Positions 15,291 to 24,665 of a DNA stretch of 35,881 bases are shown here, one piece after another. Location: positions 1 through 35,881 of the IMG/VR virus record IMGVR_UViG_3300048855_000201, one strand, 5' to 3'. Every line of letters begins with the position of its first letter. The stretch's first letter is position 1. Position numbers and translations under genes: made by a program. Under the pieces are notes generated by a model. It was not told the DNA's origin and made no database searches. It worked only from the letters and a program-made list of their open reading frames with translations. The DNA is from a virus (taxonomy: Duplodnaviria; Caudoviricetes).

Positions 15291-17251
15291 TATGGTTTCC
15301 TCCGGATCGTGCCGTCCGGCGCGATGAAGTCGGTATTGCTCGGTAACGCGTTGTACTCCTCGTCGCTACTGATGCGAGGCGGGCCAGCCTGTGGAGCGGC
15401 CTGGGCAGGAGCCGGCGCAGCTCTCGGGTCGAACTGCGGCAAGCCCTGTGGGGCACCTTGCCCCGGACGGAAGATCGTCTTCGCCTGCTCGTCAGTGATC
15501 ACCGGGCCAAGCGCGAGGAGGTTCTTGCGGATCTGACTGCGCGGCAAGCCGGCGGCGTTGCCGTCGTTGACGATCTGCGCTTCCTGCACAGCTCGCTGCG
15601 AGAAGGCGCGCAGGGTCTGAATGATCAGCCGGTTGCCCTCTGGAGAATTGGCGAGCGTCGGCAGGCTGGCCATGAACAGCGCTAGATCCTTGTCGGAGGT
15701 GGTGCCAGCGCCTGGAACGCGCAGCCGCGGCGCAATGCGGGCCACAATCGCCTGGATGGCCTGCGACCCGCCGAGCTGCTGGGCATCTTGCACGTCCAGG
15801 CCGAGGCTGGCGGCGTAGTTCGCAAACTGTGCCTTCAGGGGTTCAAAGCCACCGGTCGGAACCTGCTGCAAGCCGGCCTCAAGGCTGTTCAAGTCGCCCA
15901 TGGTGACTAGTGCCGTGCGTCCGCCTTCCAGGATATTGTTGTAGGTCTCCGCTTCCTTCGCCCCCATCGTCTCTTGGTATTTCTTGTCGCCGATAGACTC
16001 CGGGCTTTCGTTCGGATAGAGCGACATGGCTCCGGCGCGCTTGTTCTGAAGCTGCCAATCCTGAAATGAGCCCGAAAATCCCTGGGTCTTAGCGAACTCG
16101 TACTCGCGGATGTCATCAGTTGGCTTGATGTCGGTGACACCAGGCGCAGTGACGATTTCGCCTGTGCGCTGGTTGAACAGCCGCCCATCGTCGAGCCGCG
16201 CCCAGACAGTCGTGTCTTTCGGCGTAGCGTATTGGTTGATGGCGGCGCTGATTGCCGTCCCGGCATAGGTCGGATTTTGCGCCAGAACGCCGAGCGCCTC
16301 CATCGGGACGCCGTTCGGCGCCGGAGGCTGCACATCACGGGTCGCCGGACGAACCTGCCCGCCGCCGCCCGCTCCACGTCGCGCGTAGTCGCTCAACCGA
16401 GTACCGTTGGCGTCGGCTGGGTTGTAGCGGCCACTAGTCTCCAGAAACTTTCTCGTGCCACCGACACCGCCAAGATGAGCCATCCAGACCAGGCCTTCAG
16501 CGGTGATTGGGACGCCAGCGATCTGCTGGCCGATAAACCGATCCAGGCCGGCTGCCTTCATGTCGCGCTCAAGTCGCCCCTCATGCGAATTGAAGGCCGC
16601 GTCCTGAGCGGCCTCATTCTTCAGGAAATCCGCCTGCGTTCTCACTTCCGGGAAGCCAGGGATATTAAACTGTCCGGCCCAATCGTTCCGCTTGCCCGGC
16701 GTCGGATCGGTGTAGACGCCGGCATCCGCAAGAGCCCCCTCCCCCATCTGATATTTGCCAGAGAAGCCAAGGCTGTTGACGACGCTCGGGTTGCCGCCAC
16801 TCTCTGACTTTGCCAGCGACGCGCCGAGAGGCTTTGTCTCCACGCTCCCTACAGGCGGAGCAGCCCCTAGGGACGACAAATAACCTCCCGACAATGTCAC
16901 GCCGTCTGGAGTCCCGACCTGACCGAGCGATGACAGGAACTGCCCCGCGGTGCGGCTATTCATCTGGTCCGCTGCCGAATAGGCGCGCTGAATCAGGGTG
17001 TCACGCAGATCGAAGCGGCTGGCGAACTGGTGCGCGTCAGGAACACCCGCGCGCTGCAGATCGCCCATCGCCTGCGACCACTTTTCGGGCGTATCGGCGT
17101 CGGCAGCGTACTGGGCGATCAGCAGGTTCTTATCGCGCTGGTCCGCACGGGCCTGACGCTGCTCGTCGAATATCGCGTCGCGGCCTGCAGAGAAGGAGCG
17201 CCCCCAATCGACAGGCTGGGGACTCTGGATACCCGCAAGAAGGCTGGCCAT
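15290..17251 (-). CDS. Ejection protein with an internal lysozyme/transglycosylase-like domain (gp20 position)
   Basis: ESGGNP..VN.LG..GKYQMG and AHLGG.GG motifs; PTDDIREYEFAK and G.TSDKD motifs typical of these proteins. Confidence 0.75.
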   Translation of the reverse strand: MASLLAGIQSPQPVDWGRSFSAGRDAIFDEQRQARADQRDKNLLIAQYAADADTPEKWSQAMGDLQRAGVPDAHQFASRFDLRDTLIQRAYSAADQMNSRTAGQFLSSLGQVGTPDGVTLSGGYLSSLGAAPPVGSVETKPLGASLAKSESGGNPSVVNSLGFSGKYQMGEGALADAGVYTDPTPGKRNDWAGQFNIPGFPEVRTQADFLKNEAAQDAAFNSHEGRLERDMKAAGLDRFIGQQIAGVPITAEGLVWMAHLGGVGGTRKFLETSGRYNPADANGTRLSDYARRGAGGGGQVRPATRDVQPPAPNGVPMEALGVLAQNPTYAGTAISAAINQYATPKDTTVWARLDDGRLFNQRTGEIVTAPGVTDIKPTDDIREYEFAKTQGFSGSFQDWQLQNKRAGAMSLYPNESPESIGDKKYQETMGAKEAETYNNILEGGRTALVTMGDLNSLEAGLQQVPTGGFEPLKAQFANYAASLGLDVQDAQQLGGSQAIQAIVARIAPRLRVPGAGTTSDKDLALFMASLPTLANSPEGNRLIIQTLRAFSQRAVQEAQIVNDGNAAGLPRSQIRKNLLALGPVITDEQAKTIFRPGQGAPQGLPQFDPRAAPAPAQAAPQAGPPRISSDEEYNALPSNTDFIAPDGTIRRKP

Positions 17252-17254
17252 GCG

Positions 17255-18307
17255 TTACCCCCAAAGAGTTGAGAGGCGACCAGCGCCGCTGAGGATGCCG
17301 GAGATGCCGTTGTTGAACGAGCTCTGGTTCCGGGCAGAGAGATCCGCCTCAGTCGAGCCGCGCGTCAGAGCGAGATTGGCTAGACTGCCGGCGCTGTTTG
17401 CGCCCGCCTGCCCCATGCCACCGTACACGCCGCCGACCTGGCCGGCTGCAACCGGCGCCTGGCCGGCAAGCTGCCCGAGGCGGCTCAACCAATTGTCGTA
17501 CTTCTGCGTTTCCCTGTCAGCCCAGCCGTAATAGTCCTGATTGGCGACTCCCTGGCCGAACTCCGTCAGCGCCATGGCCTGTCGCCCGCTGTTCAGACGG
17601 CCGTTGGCAGCCGCAGACCGATCCAGCGCCTTTACGCCCTGTCCGAACTGGAAATCATAGCCCGGCGACTTGTGGTAGGCAGACTCTGAGAGATCCGGGC
17701 CCCCGCGTCTGCCGGTACCCTGAGCCCAATTGTAGGGCATCAGGCTATCTTCATCGCGGCGGTAGTAGGTAACGCCGTTCACCGTACCGATCGGCGTGCC
17801 TTTGGAAGCGTCGAAGTTCAGTCCATTGGGATCAGGCCGTGAGCCGCCGTTGCTGCGGCCGGACGAAAAGCCAAGCAGGCTGGCGAGAGAATTGCCACCG
17901 GTGCTGGACTGCTGCGATGACCCGTTGATCGGCCGCGGCGTGTTTCCGCCAGTGTAACCCGGAATTGTATCGACGATGTAGCTGCGCCCGTCAGGACCGA
18001 CGGCGATGTAGTTGTCCGAGTTGTGCCGCATGGACGCCAGCACCGGGTCATCGGTGATGTGGTCCTGTCCGAGCTCGCGAAGATAGTTGTTATAGGCGCG
18101 GAAGTTCGACTGGTAGAACGGATCATAGAGCGCCAGTTCGCGCCGGGCCGCGGTTTCCTGAGCCTGTGAGCCCTGCTGAAACTGCTCACGGGCCTGATCC
18201 AGCGCACGGTCGACTGCGTCACTGCCATCGTCACCAAACAGGCTGTTCAGGCCGCCAAGGATCGAAGACCCGCCCGAAAGGAGGGCGCTGATGGTCGCCG
18301 GGTCCAT
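17255..18307 (-). CDS. DNA transfer/ejection protein, P22 gp7-like
   Basis: SPGY.FQ..QG..A..RSAAA.G.L.SG....AL..FGQG.A.Q.Y motif; Gly/Ser-rich termini. Confidence 0.8.
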   Translation of the reverse strand: MDPATISALLSGGSSILGGLNSLFGDDGSDAVDRALDQAREQFQQGSQAQETAARRELALYDPFYQSNFRAYNNYLRELGQDHITDDPVLASMRHNSDNYIAVGPDGRSYIVDTIPGYTGGNTPRPINGSSQQSSTGGNSLASLLGFSSGRSNGGSRPDPNGLNFDASKGTPIGTVNGVTYYRRDEDSLMPYNWAQGTGRRGGPDLSESAYHKSPGYDFQFGQGVKALDRSAAANGRLNSGRQAMALTEFGQGVANQDYYGWADRETQKYDNWLSRLGQLAGQAPVAAGQVGGVYGGMGQAGANSAGSLANLALTRGSTEADLSARNQSSFNNGISGILSGAGRLSTLWG

Positions 18308-18642
18308 TACGACACCAGCCGGCCGGAAACGCGCAGGTTCACCACCGCTGCGGTGGAGGCGAGCGCCTGGATAAACGCGCCGGGCTCAAGCACATGGCCG
18401 ACCACCTCGGGACAGGTGTAGGTCTCACCAGTCTGCAGCGTCTTGACGAGAATGATGTTCGTCGCGCCCGCAGTGCCGGCGCTCGGGACCATATGAACAG
18501 TCACCGTGCGCGGGACGGTGTCGGAGTTGTAGACCGTAAATTTGTCGATCATGATCTTCGCACCGACAACCGCGGCGACATAAGTCGCGGCGCTGGCGGT
18601 GAGCTGAGTCGACTCAGAGAACGTCCTCGGTGTGACAGCCAT
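18307..18642 (-). CDS. Small beta-rich virion-module protein (111 aa)
   Basis: GAGG RBS; ETY.CPE.VG.VL.PG..I pattern; stop overlaps the next start. Confidence 0.7.
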   Translation of the reverse strand: MAVTPRTFSESTQLTASAATYVAAVVGAKIMIDKFTVYNSDTVPRTVTVHMVPSAGTAGATNIILVKTLQTGETYTCPEVVGHVLEPGAFIQALASTAAVVNLRVSGRLVS

Positions 18643-18656
18643 GGCGGCAACCTCTC

Positions 18657-18681
18657 AAAGAAAAAGCCGCCCGGAGGCGGC
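18657..18681 (-). terminator. Intrinsic terminator within the virion operon
   Basis: Minus strand GCCGCC-TCCG-GGCGGC-TTTTTCTTT. Confidence 0.65.
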
Positions 18682-18705
18682 CTGTGGCATGTGGTGTGAC
18701 AGTGG

Positions 18706-19812
18706 TTACGCGGCGGCGAAGGGCCGCAGGTTCCAAATTAAGGCGACGCCGATCAGGCGAGCATTGACGGCAAGGCCAACGCCGGACTCGCTTTGAGTTC
18801 GCCTTCCGAACCGAAACAGAAGAGGCGCGAACGCGTTGCTGACGTTCAGCATCGAAACGCTGGCTGGCGTTACCAGCGTGCCTGTTGACAGGTAGATGTT
18901 GTCCGTAACGCCGCCGACGTCTTGAATCACGTTCGCATTTTCGGCGCTGAGAGCGGCGGTTCCCGACGTGTTGTCGTAGTAGGCTCCGGCCTGCGCGCGC
19001 CATGCGGCCACGAAATTCGTGACCGTTGCGGCGTGGGTCCAGAAGAACCGAACTCCGACCGGCGTCCCGTCCCACCCTAGCGGCGGCGAGACGAGCGCCT
19101 CGACGTTGTCGTTATCGACGACGAGTGTGCCGGGCGCGAATTCGAAGCACCGCCACGCCGACCCGTTGACGCCGGTCTCGTAGATGTTGGGCCCCGCCGC
19201 CGGCTGTGTCACCGGCAAGTACATCTGGCTAGGGTCGATGAATTGCACCCACTGGCGCGGCTTGAACAACTGCCCCGTCTCGACCGCAGGTCCGAGGCTC
19301 AGTGCATCGGCTATCGCCTGCTCGCGGACCCCTTCTAGAGCCTCCGCAATGCTGCTGACAGCAACAAGAGCCCCTACGCTGCCCTCCAGGGCCGTGACAC
19401 GCTGTCGGATCTCCTCGACATCGCTGACGCTGAGAAGTTGCTCCGGTGCGCGCTCGGCGACCGCGGGGGTCACATCGGCGCGCTGAACGGCCTCTGCCGC
19501 CGGTGCCACGTCGACCGACTGCACCGCCTCGCGCGCTGGCGGCACATCGGCGGCCAACGGCTCGCTCTCCCTCGCCTGATCGCGCAACCAAAGCTGCCGG
19601 ATCTCCTCCTCAAGCGCCGTGAGGCGGCCTGCGAAGGCGGACGAGAAGTCCTCGACGCCGAGCGTTTCGAAGTTGTCATTGACGACCCGGCGGAGGTTCC
19701 AAAGCCACTTCCACCAGGAATCTTTCGTCATGCCGCGAGCGTTGACCATCGCCTCACGCGGAGTGATGACCTCTTCGATCTCGCTGTATAACGGCTTGGT
19801 CTGCTGAGCCAT
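18706..19812 (-). CDS. Tail-associated protein in the needle (gp26) position: coiled coil plus C-terminal beta domain
   Basis: Directly follows gp10; heptads RLTALEEEI and RVTALEGSV; beta-rich C-terminus. Confidence 0.55.
   Translation of the reverse strand: MAQQTKPLYSEIEEVITPREAMVNARGMTKDSWWKWLWNLRRVVNDNFETLGVEDFSSAFAGRLTALEEEIRQLWLRDQARESEPLAADVPPAREAVQSVDVAPAAEAVQRADVTPAVAERAPEQLLSVSDVEEIRQRVTALEGSVGALVAVSSIAEALEGVREQAIADALSLGPAVETGQLFKPRQWVQFIDPSQMYLPVTQPAAGPNIYETGVNGSAWRCFEFAPGTLVVDNDNVEALVSPPLGWDGTPVGVRFFWTHAATVTNFVAAWRAQAGAYYDNTSGTAALSAENANVIQDVGGVTDNIYLSTGTLVTPASVSMLNVSNAFAPLLFRFGRRTQSESGVGLAVNARLIGVALIWNLRPFAAA
19453..19551 (-). repeat. About three 36-nt (12-aa) tandem repeats in the needle-position gene
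   Basis: ADVPPAREAVQS / VDVAPAAEAVQR / ADVTPAVAE; cac(a/g)tcg recurs at 19471, 19507 and 19543. Confidence 0.7.
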
Positions 19813-21200
19813 TAGACCGAACCGCCTTGAATGTCGGCGGTGGCACCGAGGAAAGCGCGCTTGACGGGGTCAGTGATCCGCAGCCGATAGACGCGCTGTC
19901 GAGATGTGCCAAGACGCCTCCACATGGCACGCTGCCGACGGACGCCGATCGGCCCGAGGCTGCGCCAGTGCTCGTTCGACCAGGTGAAGCCGCCATCGTT
20001 CGACCACTGCAGCATGGCTTGGGGATCGCTCCCCTGCCCGAGCGTCAGGCCGACGCCGACCTCAAAATCTGCCTGGAATCGATGCGTGACGAAGCGCTGA
20101 TCGTCCGCCCAGATCTGCGGGAAGTAGATATCCGTGTGCAGGATACCGCCGGCGTCCGTGTAGGTGCCGAAATCCAGCGTGTAGAGGCCGCCCGTCGTGT
20201 CATCGCCGACCACATGCTTGCCGTAGACCTTGGCGTAGCAGCCGGCCCGCCACAGATCCCGCCCGAATGTCTCCCGCTCGTGCCATTGCTGCGTACTGGC
20301 GTCATAGACCCAGGTCGAGACGCCGGGGATACGCAGGGCATAGAAGACGTGGCCTTCCTGGCTCCACGTGATTCCGACAATCCCGGCCTTCTCCGTGCAC
20401 TCGTCTATCGCCTTGCTGACCTCAGGCGTCGAGATCGCGGAGGGCGTGTACCCCTCGCTGCGATAGGCGATGGAATCGTCCCCAACCCAGAAGATGGCGT
20501 TGTCGAGCACCGCCGCGCCCGCAGCCGACATGATGCCGCGGTCGATCGCCGCCGGGTTGTACCGTTCGAAGGGAAAATCCGCGTTGCCGGTGTTCTGCCA
20601 GACCTCGGTAGTGCCTTCGCCCAGCAGCCAGACCTCGCGATGCGCGACGATCACCCGCTTGATGTTGTCCGGCTGGCTCTCCGCAGTGGCGAAGTCGAGC
20701 GCGGAGATGTCCTTTGGGTTGTTGATCGCCGTGACGAACCAACGGCCGGTGTCCTGCTCGACGAAGAGCCAATAGCCGTCCGTGTAGGCGACGGAGGACA
20801 CCTTCGGCAGGTCCGCGTCATTGATGCGTCCGGCGACCGTGCCGTCGGTCCAGTAGGCGTTGCCACCGGCCGTCCAGACGAGATAGCCGTTGCCGGCCGC
20901 CATGAACACTTGGCCGTCAGGGATCGCTTCGAGGCTGATCGCCGTGGCCGTGCCGTTCTCGGCCACCTTGTAGAGCGCGTCGCCGCCGATCGCGTAGAGC
21001 ACGTCGGCAAGTACATCGACGCCGCGAACCGGGCCCTTCGGCAGGCTCAGCCAGTTCTTCAGGCCGGGAGCGCCGACCAACCAGAAGGGGATCGGCGACC
21101 CTTCCGGCGCCTTCTGCGCCATCATGTTGATGACCCGCTGGACTGAAACCAGGTTGGAGCGGGCCGGTGCCGAACCGAGCGGCGGAGAGAAGCGCACCAT
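19812..21200 (-). CDS. Packaged-DNA stabilisation/tail hub protein, P22 gp10-like
   Basis: ALDFATAESQPDNI, TTEVWQNTG..DFPF.R, GHVFY.L, YDASTQQWHER, ML.WS.DGG.TWS, WRRLG, TDPVKR. Confidence 0.9.
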   Translation of the reverse strand: MVRFSPPLGSAPARSNLVSVQRVINMMAQKAPEGSPIPFWLVGAPGLKNWLSLPKGPVRGVDVLADVLYAIGGDALYKVAENGTATAISLEAIPDGQVFMAAGNGYLVWTAGGNAYWTDGTVAGRINDADLPKVSSVAYTDGYWLFVEQDTGRWFVTAINNPKDISALDFATAESQPDNIKRVIVAHREVWLLGEGTTEVWQNTGNADFPFERYNPAAIDRGIMSAAGAAVLDNAIFWVGDDSIAYRSEGYTPSAISTPEVSKAIDECTEKAGIVGITWSQEGHVFYALRIPGVSTWVYDASTQQWHERETFGRDLWRAGCYAKVYGKHVVGDDTTGGLYTLDFGTYTDAGGILHTDIYFPQIWADDQRFVTHRFQADFEVGVGLTLGQGSDPQAMLQWSNDGGFTWSNEHWRSLGPIGVRRQRAMWRRLGTSRQRVYRLRITDPVKRAFLGATADIQGGSV

Positions 21201-21901
21201 CAGCCGCGACCGCTGCTGCTTGTGGAGCGATCGGAACGTCCGCCGCCCCCACCCCCGCTTCGACCGCCTCCGGCGCCTCCATTGCCGCGACCGCCACCGT
21301 CGCCGCGAAGGCTGCCGCTCATCGAGCGGATCGCGGATCCGATCGGGTCCGGGTCGTCCTTGAAGCGGCCGATATCGCGAATCCCGAGTTCCGCCCGAGG
21401 CGCCATCACCGACGGCCTCGCCGGAGCGCTCGCGGGCGCGGCCTGCACTGGCGCGGGCGGCGCAGGACCGACACGCGGCGTGCCGAAGGCGTTGCCATAG
21501 AGCGCGGCAGCATTGCGCCGCTGCGCCTCACCAGGCGTGTAAGCCCCCGTCGGCTCTGCGCCGAAGCCTAGAAATCCGCCACGTGACGACATGCCGGACG
21601 GCGTTACGTCGACGCCGCGGAAGTCGCCCAGCTTGTCGCGCGCACCGCCGCGGCCGTAGCTGTTCAGGCCGAGCAATCCACCGACCGACTGACCAAACTC
21701 CAAACCGTCCTGCCCCCATGAAGCACGAGCACGGTTCGTATATCCGAGGTTGTTGCCGCGCAAACCGAGGCTGGCGAGCGTTCCGACGAGGCCGACAGGA
21801 CCCGGGGCCAGGCTTAGACCGCGCAGGCCCCAACCGACCGGTCCGCCCATGTCCACCTGGGAAGGCGTGCTGCCGTTGAGGAGCGAGGAGAGATTGGCCA
21901 T
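21200..21901 (-). CDS. Gly-rich low-complexity protein (233 aa) between gp4 and gp10
   Basis: TGATG stop/start overlaps at both ends. Confidence 0.7.
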   Translation of the reverse strand: MANLSSLLNGSTPSQVDMGGPVGWGLRGLSLAPGPVGLVGTLASLGLRGNNLGYTNRARASWGQDGLEFGQSVGGLLGLNSYGRGGARDKLGDFRGVDVTPSGMSSRGGFLGFGAEPTGAYTPGEAQRRNAAALYGNAFGTPRVGPAPPAPVQAAPASAPARPSVMAPRAELGIRDIGRFKDDPDPIGSAIRSMSGSLRGDGGGRGNGGAGGGRSGGGGGGRSDRSTSSSGRG

Positions 21902-22290
21902 CACATATTCCACACGATCTTGCGACCAACCTTGCCGATGCCCGTGTCGAACGTGGCATCGGGAACGGTCGTGAAAGCCATCTGCAGGGCTCGATAACCA
22001 CCCTCAGCCTGAGCGATGACAGCCGGCGCAATCGTGAGGCCGTATTCCGGCGCCAGGTCAACGGCCAGTAGGTATTTCAGGGCCTTGATGTAGGCATCAT
22101 CGAGAGTCAGGTCGGTGTTCGAATCCACGCTGACCCACTGAAGATCGATCCCGTCGATCTTCAGGGCAGCGGCCATCTGGTTCAGAGCCTCGATTCCGTC
22201 CGCCATGTCTTCCGCGGTCGCCTGTTCGCCGGCAGCGACCACCGTCGCGAGCCGGAGAGCACCCGTCACGAGCTGATAGGCAGTGGTCAT
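21901..22290 (-). CDS. Head-tail adaptor, P22 gp4-like
   Basis: TA..LV.GALR...V.A......AED..DG.EALN.M, LAVDLAPEYG. Confidence 0.85.
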   Translation of the reverse strand: MTTAYQLVTGALRLATVVAAGEQATAEDMADGIEALNQMAAALKIDGIDLQWVSVDSNTDLTLDDAYIKALKYLLAVDLAPEYGLTIAPAVIAQAEGGYRALQMAFTTVPDATFDTGIGKVGRKIVWNM

Positions 22291-22472
22291 GAGGCGATGC
22301 TCTTTCGGGGACGTCCGGGGCGGCGCTTCGTGCCCTCATCCTCGTTCGCGATATCAGCCACAATTTCGAAGGCTGCCGGCGTGTCCGCCCAACCCTCGGG
22401 GATGTCTTCGGGGCTTTCGAAGATGCGGGCGTCGCCATCCGGCCCGTAAAACCATGCGCAAAAGTTGGTCAT
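22287..22472 (-). CDS. Small post-capsid protein (61 aa)
   Basis: W.YGPDG...IF......PEGW.DTP and KRRPGRPRK tail; GAGG RBS. Confidence 0.7.
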   Translation of the reverse strand: MTNFCAWFYGPDGDARIFESPEDIPEGWADTPAAFEIVADIANEDEGTKRRPGRPRKSIAS

Positions 22473-22483
22473 GCCGACCTCAC

Positions 22484-22512
22484 AAATAGAGAGGCCGCCC
22501 CGAAGGGCGGCC
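22484..22512 (-). terminator. Terminator hairpin after the coat gene
   Basis: Minus strand GGCCGCCC-TTCG-GGGCGGCC followed by TCTCTATTT. Confidence 0.7.
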
Positions 22513-22519
22513 GTTACGA

Positions 22520-23737
22520 TCAGGCGGTCAGGCGAGCCGCCAGACGCGGATCAAGCGTCTTGGTGCCGTACAGGATATCGATGCGGATCACGTCGGTGTC
22601 CGCGTCGATGTCGTAGTCCTTCACGACGCGCGCCGAGAGGCCCTTGTACTGCTCGCGGGCCTTGAACGCCGCACCGTCCGGCATCTCCAGCGGGACCATG
22701 ACGAGAGCGAAGGCGTTTTTGTGGAACGTCAGATTCTGGCCGTAGCCGGTGGAGGCCGTGCCGCTCTTGAACGTCATAGCGGCATTGTCGGCCGGGGCTG
22801 CGGTTACCGTCTGATACGCGCCCGAGACGATAATCGCCGGCGCGATCGTGATGGTCGCATTGCCCGAGCCGTCCGAATTCGCGTCGGCAACGACAACGAA
22901 ATTCTGGAGCTGGCCGGTCGACTGCTTCGACACCGGATTGACCGCGAACACGTTCGCAATCGTGAAGACGTCGCCCTTTTTGACCACGCCGGTGATGCTG
23001 TTCGACCAGCCGTCCGTCACCAGCGACTGGGTCATAGTCGACTTGACGTTGGCGTAGGTCACGGCCTGGGAGCCGCCATTCACCAGCGGAGCGCCACCAC
23101 GGGCGCCGTTGGTGTGGACCTTGACGTTCTGGTCCATGTAGTTGTCGAACCCAGCGTAGCGGCCGATCTTCGCTTCTTCGAACGCCCCGCGCGCCTTGTC
23201 CTGCACGAACACGCCCTTGAGGCCATCCGCCAGCTTCCATGCGGTCGCCGGGTTGTGCACCGCGTTGCGCTTATCCTTGGGTACAGCCATCTCGTCGAGC
23301 AACTGGCCGGCGGCGCCGAGCTCCGCGAAGGTGCTCGGAACGGTGCCGGGGGTTCCGACGAAGTTGTAGACATCCGAATAGAGGCCGCAGAGATCGCTAT
23401 CGACCTGGTTGCTCAGAGCGATCATCGCAGGATTGATGTAGCGCTCCGAATATTCCTCGATCGAGAGAGTGAGATCCTGAGTGCTGAAGCCCCACGAGAC
23501 ATGCTTGCGGCTGTTGATGATGATCGAGGTATTGCCCTCGGTCACATCCTGATTGACTCGGGCGGCGCCATCGGAGGCCTGGAACTGCACTGGTCGGCGG
23601 ATGGTCACGGTATCGCCGACCTTGGCGAATTCCTTCTTGTAATCGCGGTGGACGAGATTGCCCATCACGAGGTTGTTTTCGAGCTGAATCAGCGCTTCTT
23701 TAGCGATGACGCTCGGAGTGAGAATCGAATTGGCCAC
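22520..23737 (-). CDS. Major capsid protein, P22 coat family
   Basis: MAN.ILT...I.KEAL..LENNLV, K.GDTVTIRRP, ERYI.PA...L.N..D, GDVFTIA.V.AVNP, FHKNAFAL, RIDILYG. Confidence 0.92.
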   Translation of the reverse strand: MANSILTPSVIAKEALIQLENNLVMGNLVHRDYKKEFAKVGDTVTIRRPVQFQASDGAARVNQDVTEGNTSIIINSRKHVSWGFSTQDLTLSIEEYSERYINPAMIALSNQVDSDLCGLYSDVYNFVGTPGTVPSTFAELGAAGQLLDEMAVPKDKRNAVHNPATAWKLADGLKGVFVQDKARGAFEEAKIGRYAGFDNYMDQNVKVHTNGARGGAPLVNGGSQAVTYANVKSTMTQSLVTDGWSNSITGVVKKGDVFTIANVFAVNPVSKQSTGQLQNFVVVADANSDGSGNATITIAPAIIVSGAYQTVTAAPADNAAMTFKSGTASTGYGQNLTFHKNAFALVMVPLEMPDGAAFKAREQYKGLSARVVKDYDIDADTDVIRIDILYGTKTLDPRLAARLTA

Positions 23738-23799
23738 GGAAAAAACTCCATCTAAGGGAAGGCCGGCGCCTCACGGCGCTGGTGTCTGGAAAGGGGTGG

Positions 23800-24642
23800 T
23801 TAGGACGCCTTCCGGCGCCACGCAGCGTACTCGTCCATGCTCATCGCACTCGGGTCGCGGACAGCCCTGTCGCTCCCACCGACCGGCTTGATCGGCGGAG
23901 GGGTTCTGGTCGGCTGTTTGACCGGTGGCGCCTGCAACTTGGCCTCGATACGCCCGAGCTCACGAATGGCGGCGAACGGCGAAAGGGTTGCGAGCTTCTT
24001 CCGCGCCTCGGTGTCTTTGGCCAGGTGGTAGGCCAGGTCGCCCGCGATATCTGAATCCGCAATCGCCCTCAGAACGCCATCCGCGAGAATGACATCGTTC
24101 GATGCGGCCAGAACTTCGTCGAAGTCGTCGTGCTTCGCGCGTGCGTTCTCCATCCTGGTCACAAGAGCCTGCTGGGCTTCTATAGCCCGATGTCGCTCTT
24201 GCGCTTCGGCCCGACGTCGCTGATCAGCGGCAATATCCTGCCGCATCTCGTGCTTCGCCCTGGCGACCAGATAGGCCTCGTAGTCGTTGCCGAAGTCCTC
24301 GATCCGTGGCGCGGAGCCCTCATCGTGCTGCGGACCAGGAGACGGCTGCTGCGCCGGGGGTTGAACCCCCATCGCCATGTGCCGCCAGTGGTCACGCTCA
24401 CGCTTGGCGTCTTCGCGCTGCCTCGTCAGCTCATCAATGCGTTTCTGGACGCCCTTCGCCTTCTTCGGCCCGGTGTCCGCGGCGGCATCATCGCCGGATT
24501 CTTCCTCTTCGATGGAGGCGGCTGCGTCCTCCGCGTCATCAGCCTCAGCGGCCTCGTCGTTTGCCGGAATGGGTTCGTCAGGAAGCCGGTCATCTTCGAC
24601 AATGTCGATCTCAACCGGCGCAATCTCTGCGTTGGTGCTCAT
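23800..24642 (-). CDS. Scaffolding protein
   Basis: Acidic N-terminus, GVQKRIDELT, P..EDF..DYE.Y, LAYHLAK, ELGRIEAKL, PPPIKP, MSMDEY..WR; between portal and coat. Confidence 0.85.
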   Translation of the reverse strand: MSTNAEIAPVEIDIVEDDRLPDEPIPANDEAAEADDAEDAAASIEEEESGDDAAADTGPKKAKGVQKRIDELTRQREDAKRERDHWRHMAMGVQPPAQQPSPGPQHDEGSAPRIEDFGNDYEAYLVARAKHEMRQDIAADQRRRAEAQERHRAIEAQQALVTRMENARAKHDDFDEVLAASNDVILADGVLRAIADSDIAGDLAYHLAKDTEARKKLATLSPFAAIRELGRIEAKLQAPPVKQPTRTPPPIKPVGGSDRAVRDPSAMSMDEYAAWRRKAS

Positions 24643-24665
24643 GTGCGTCTCTCTTTGGACGGATT

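Noticed and set aside
14200-15456. 418-aa alternative-frame ORF in the ejection genes
   Set aside because: Arg/Pro-rich off-frame translation; no slippery site or domain recognised.
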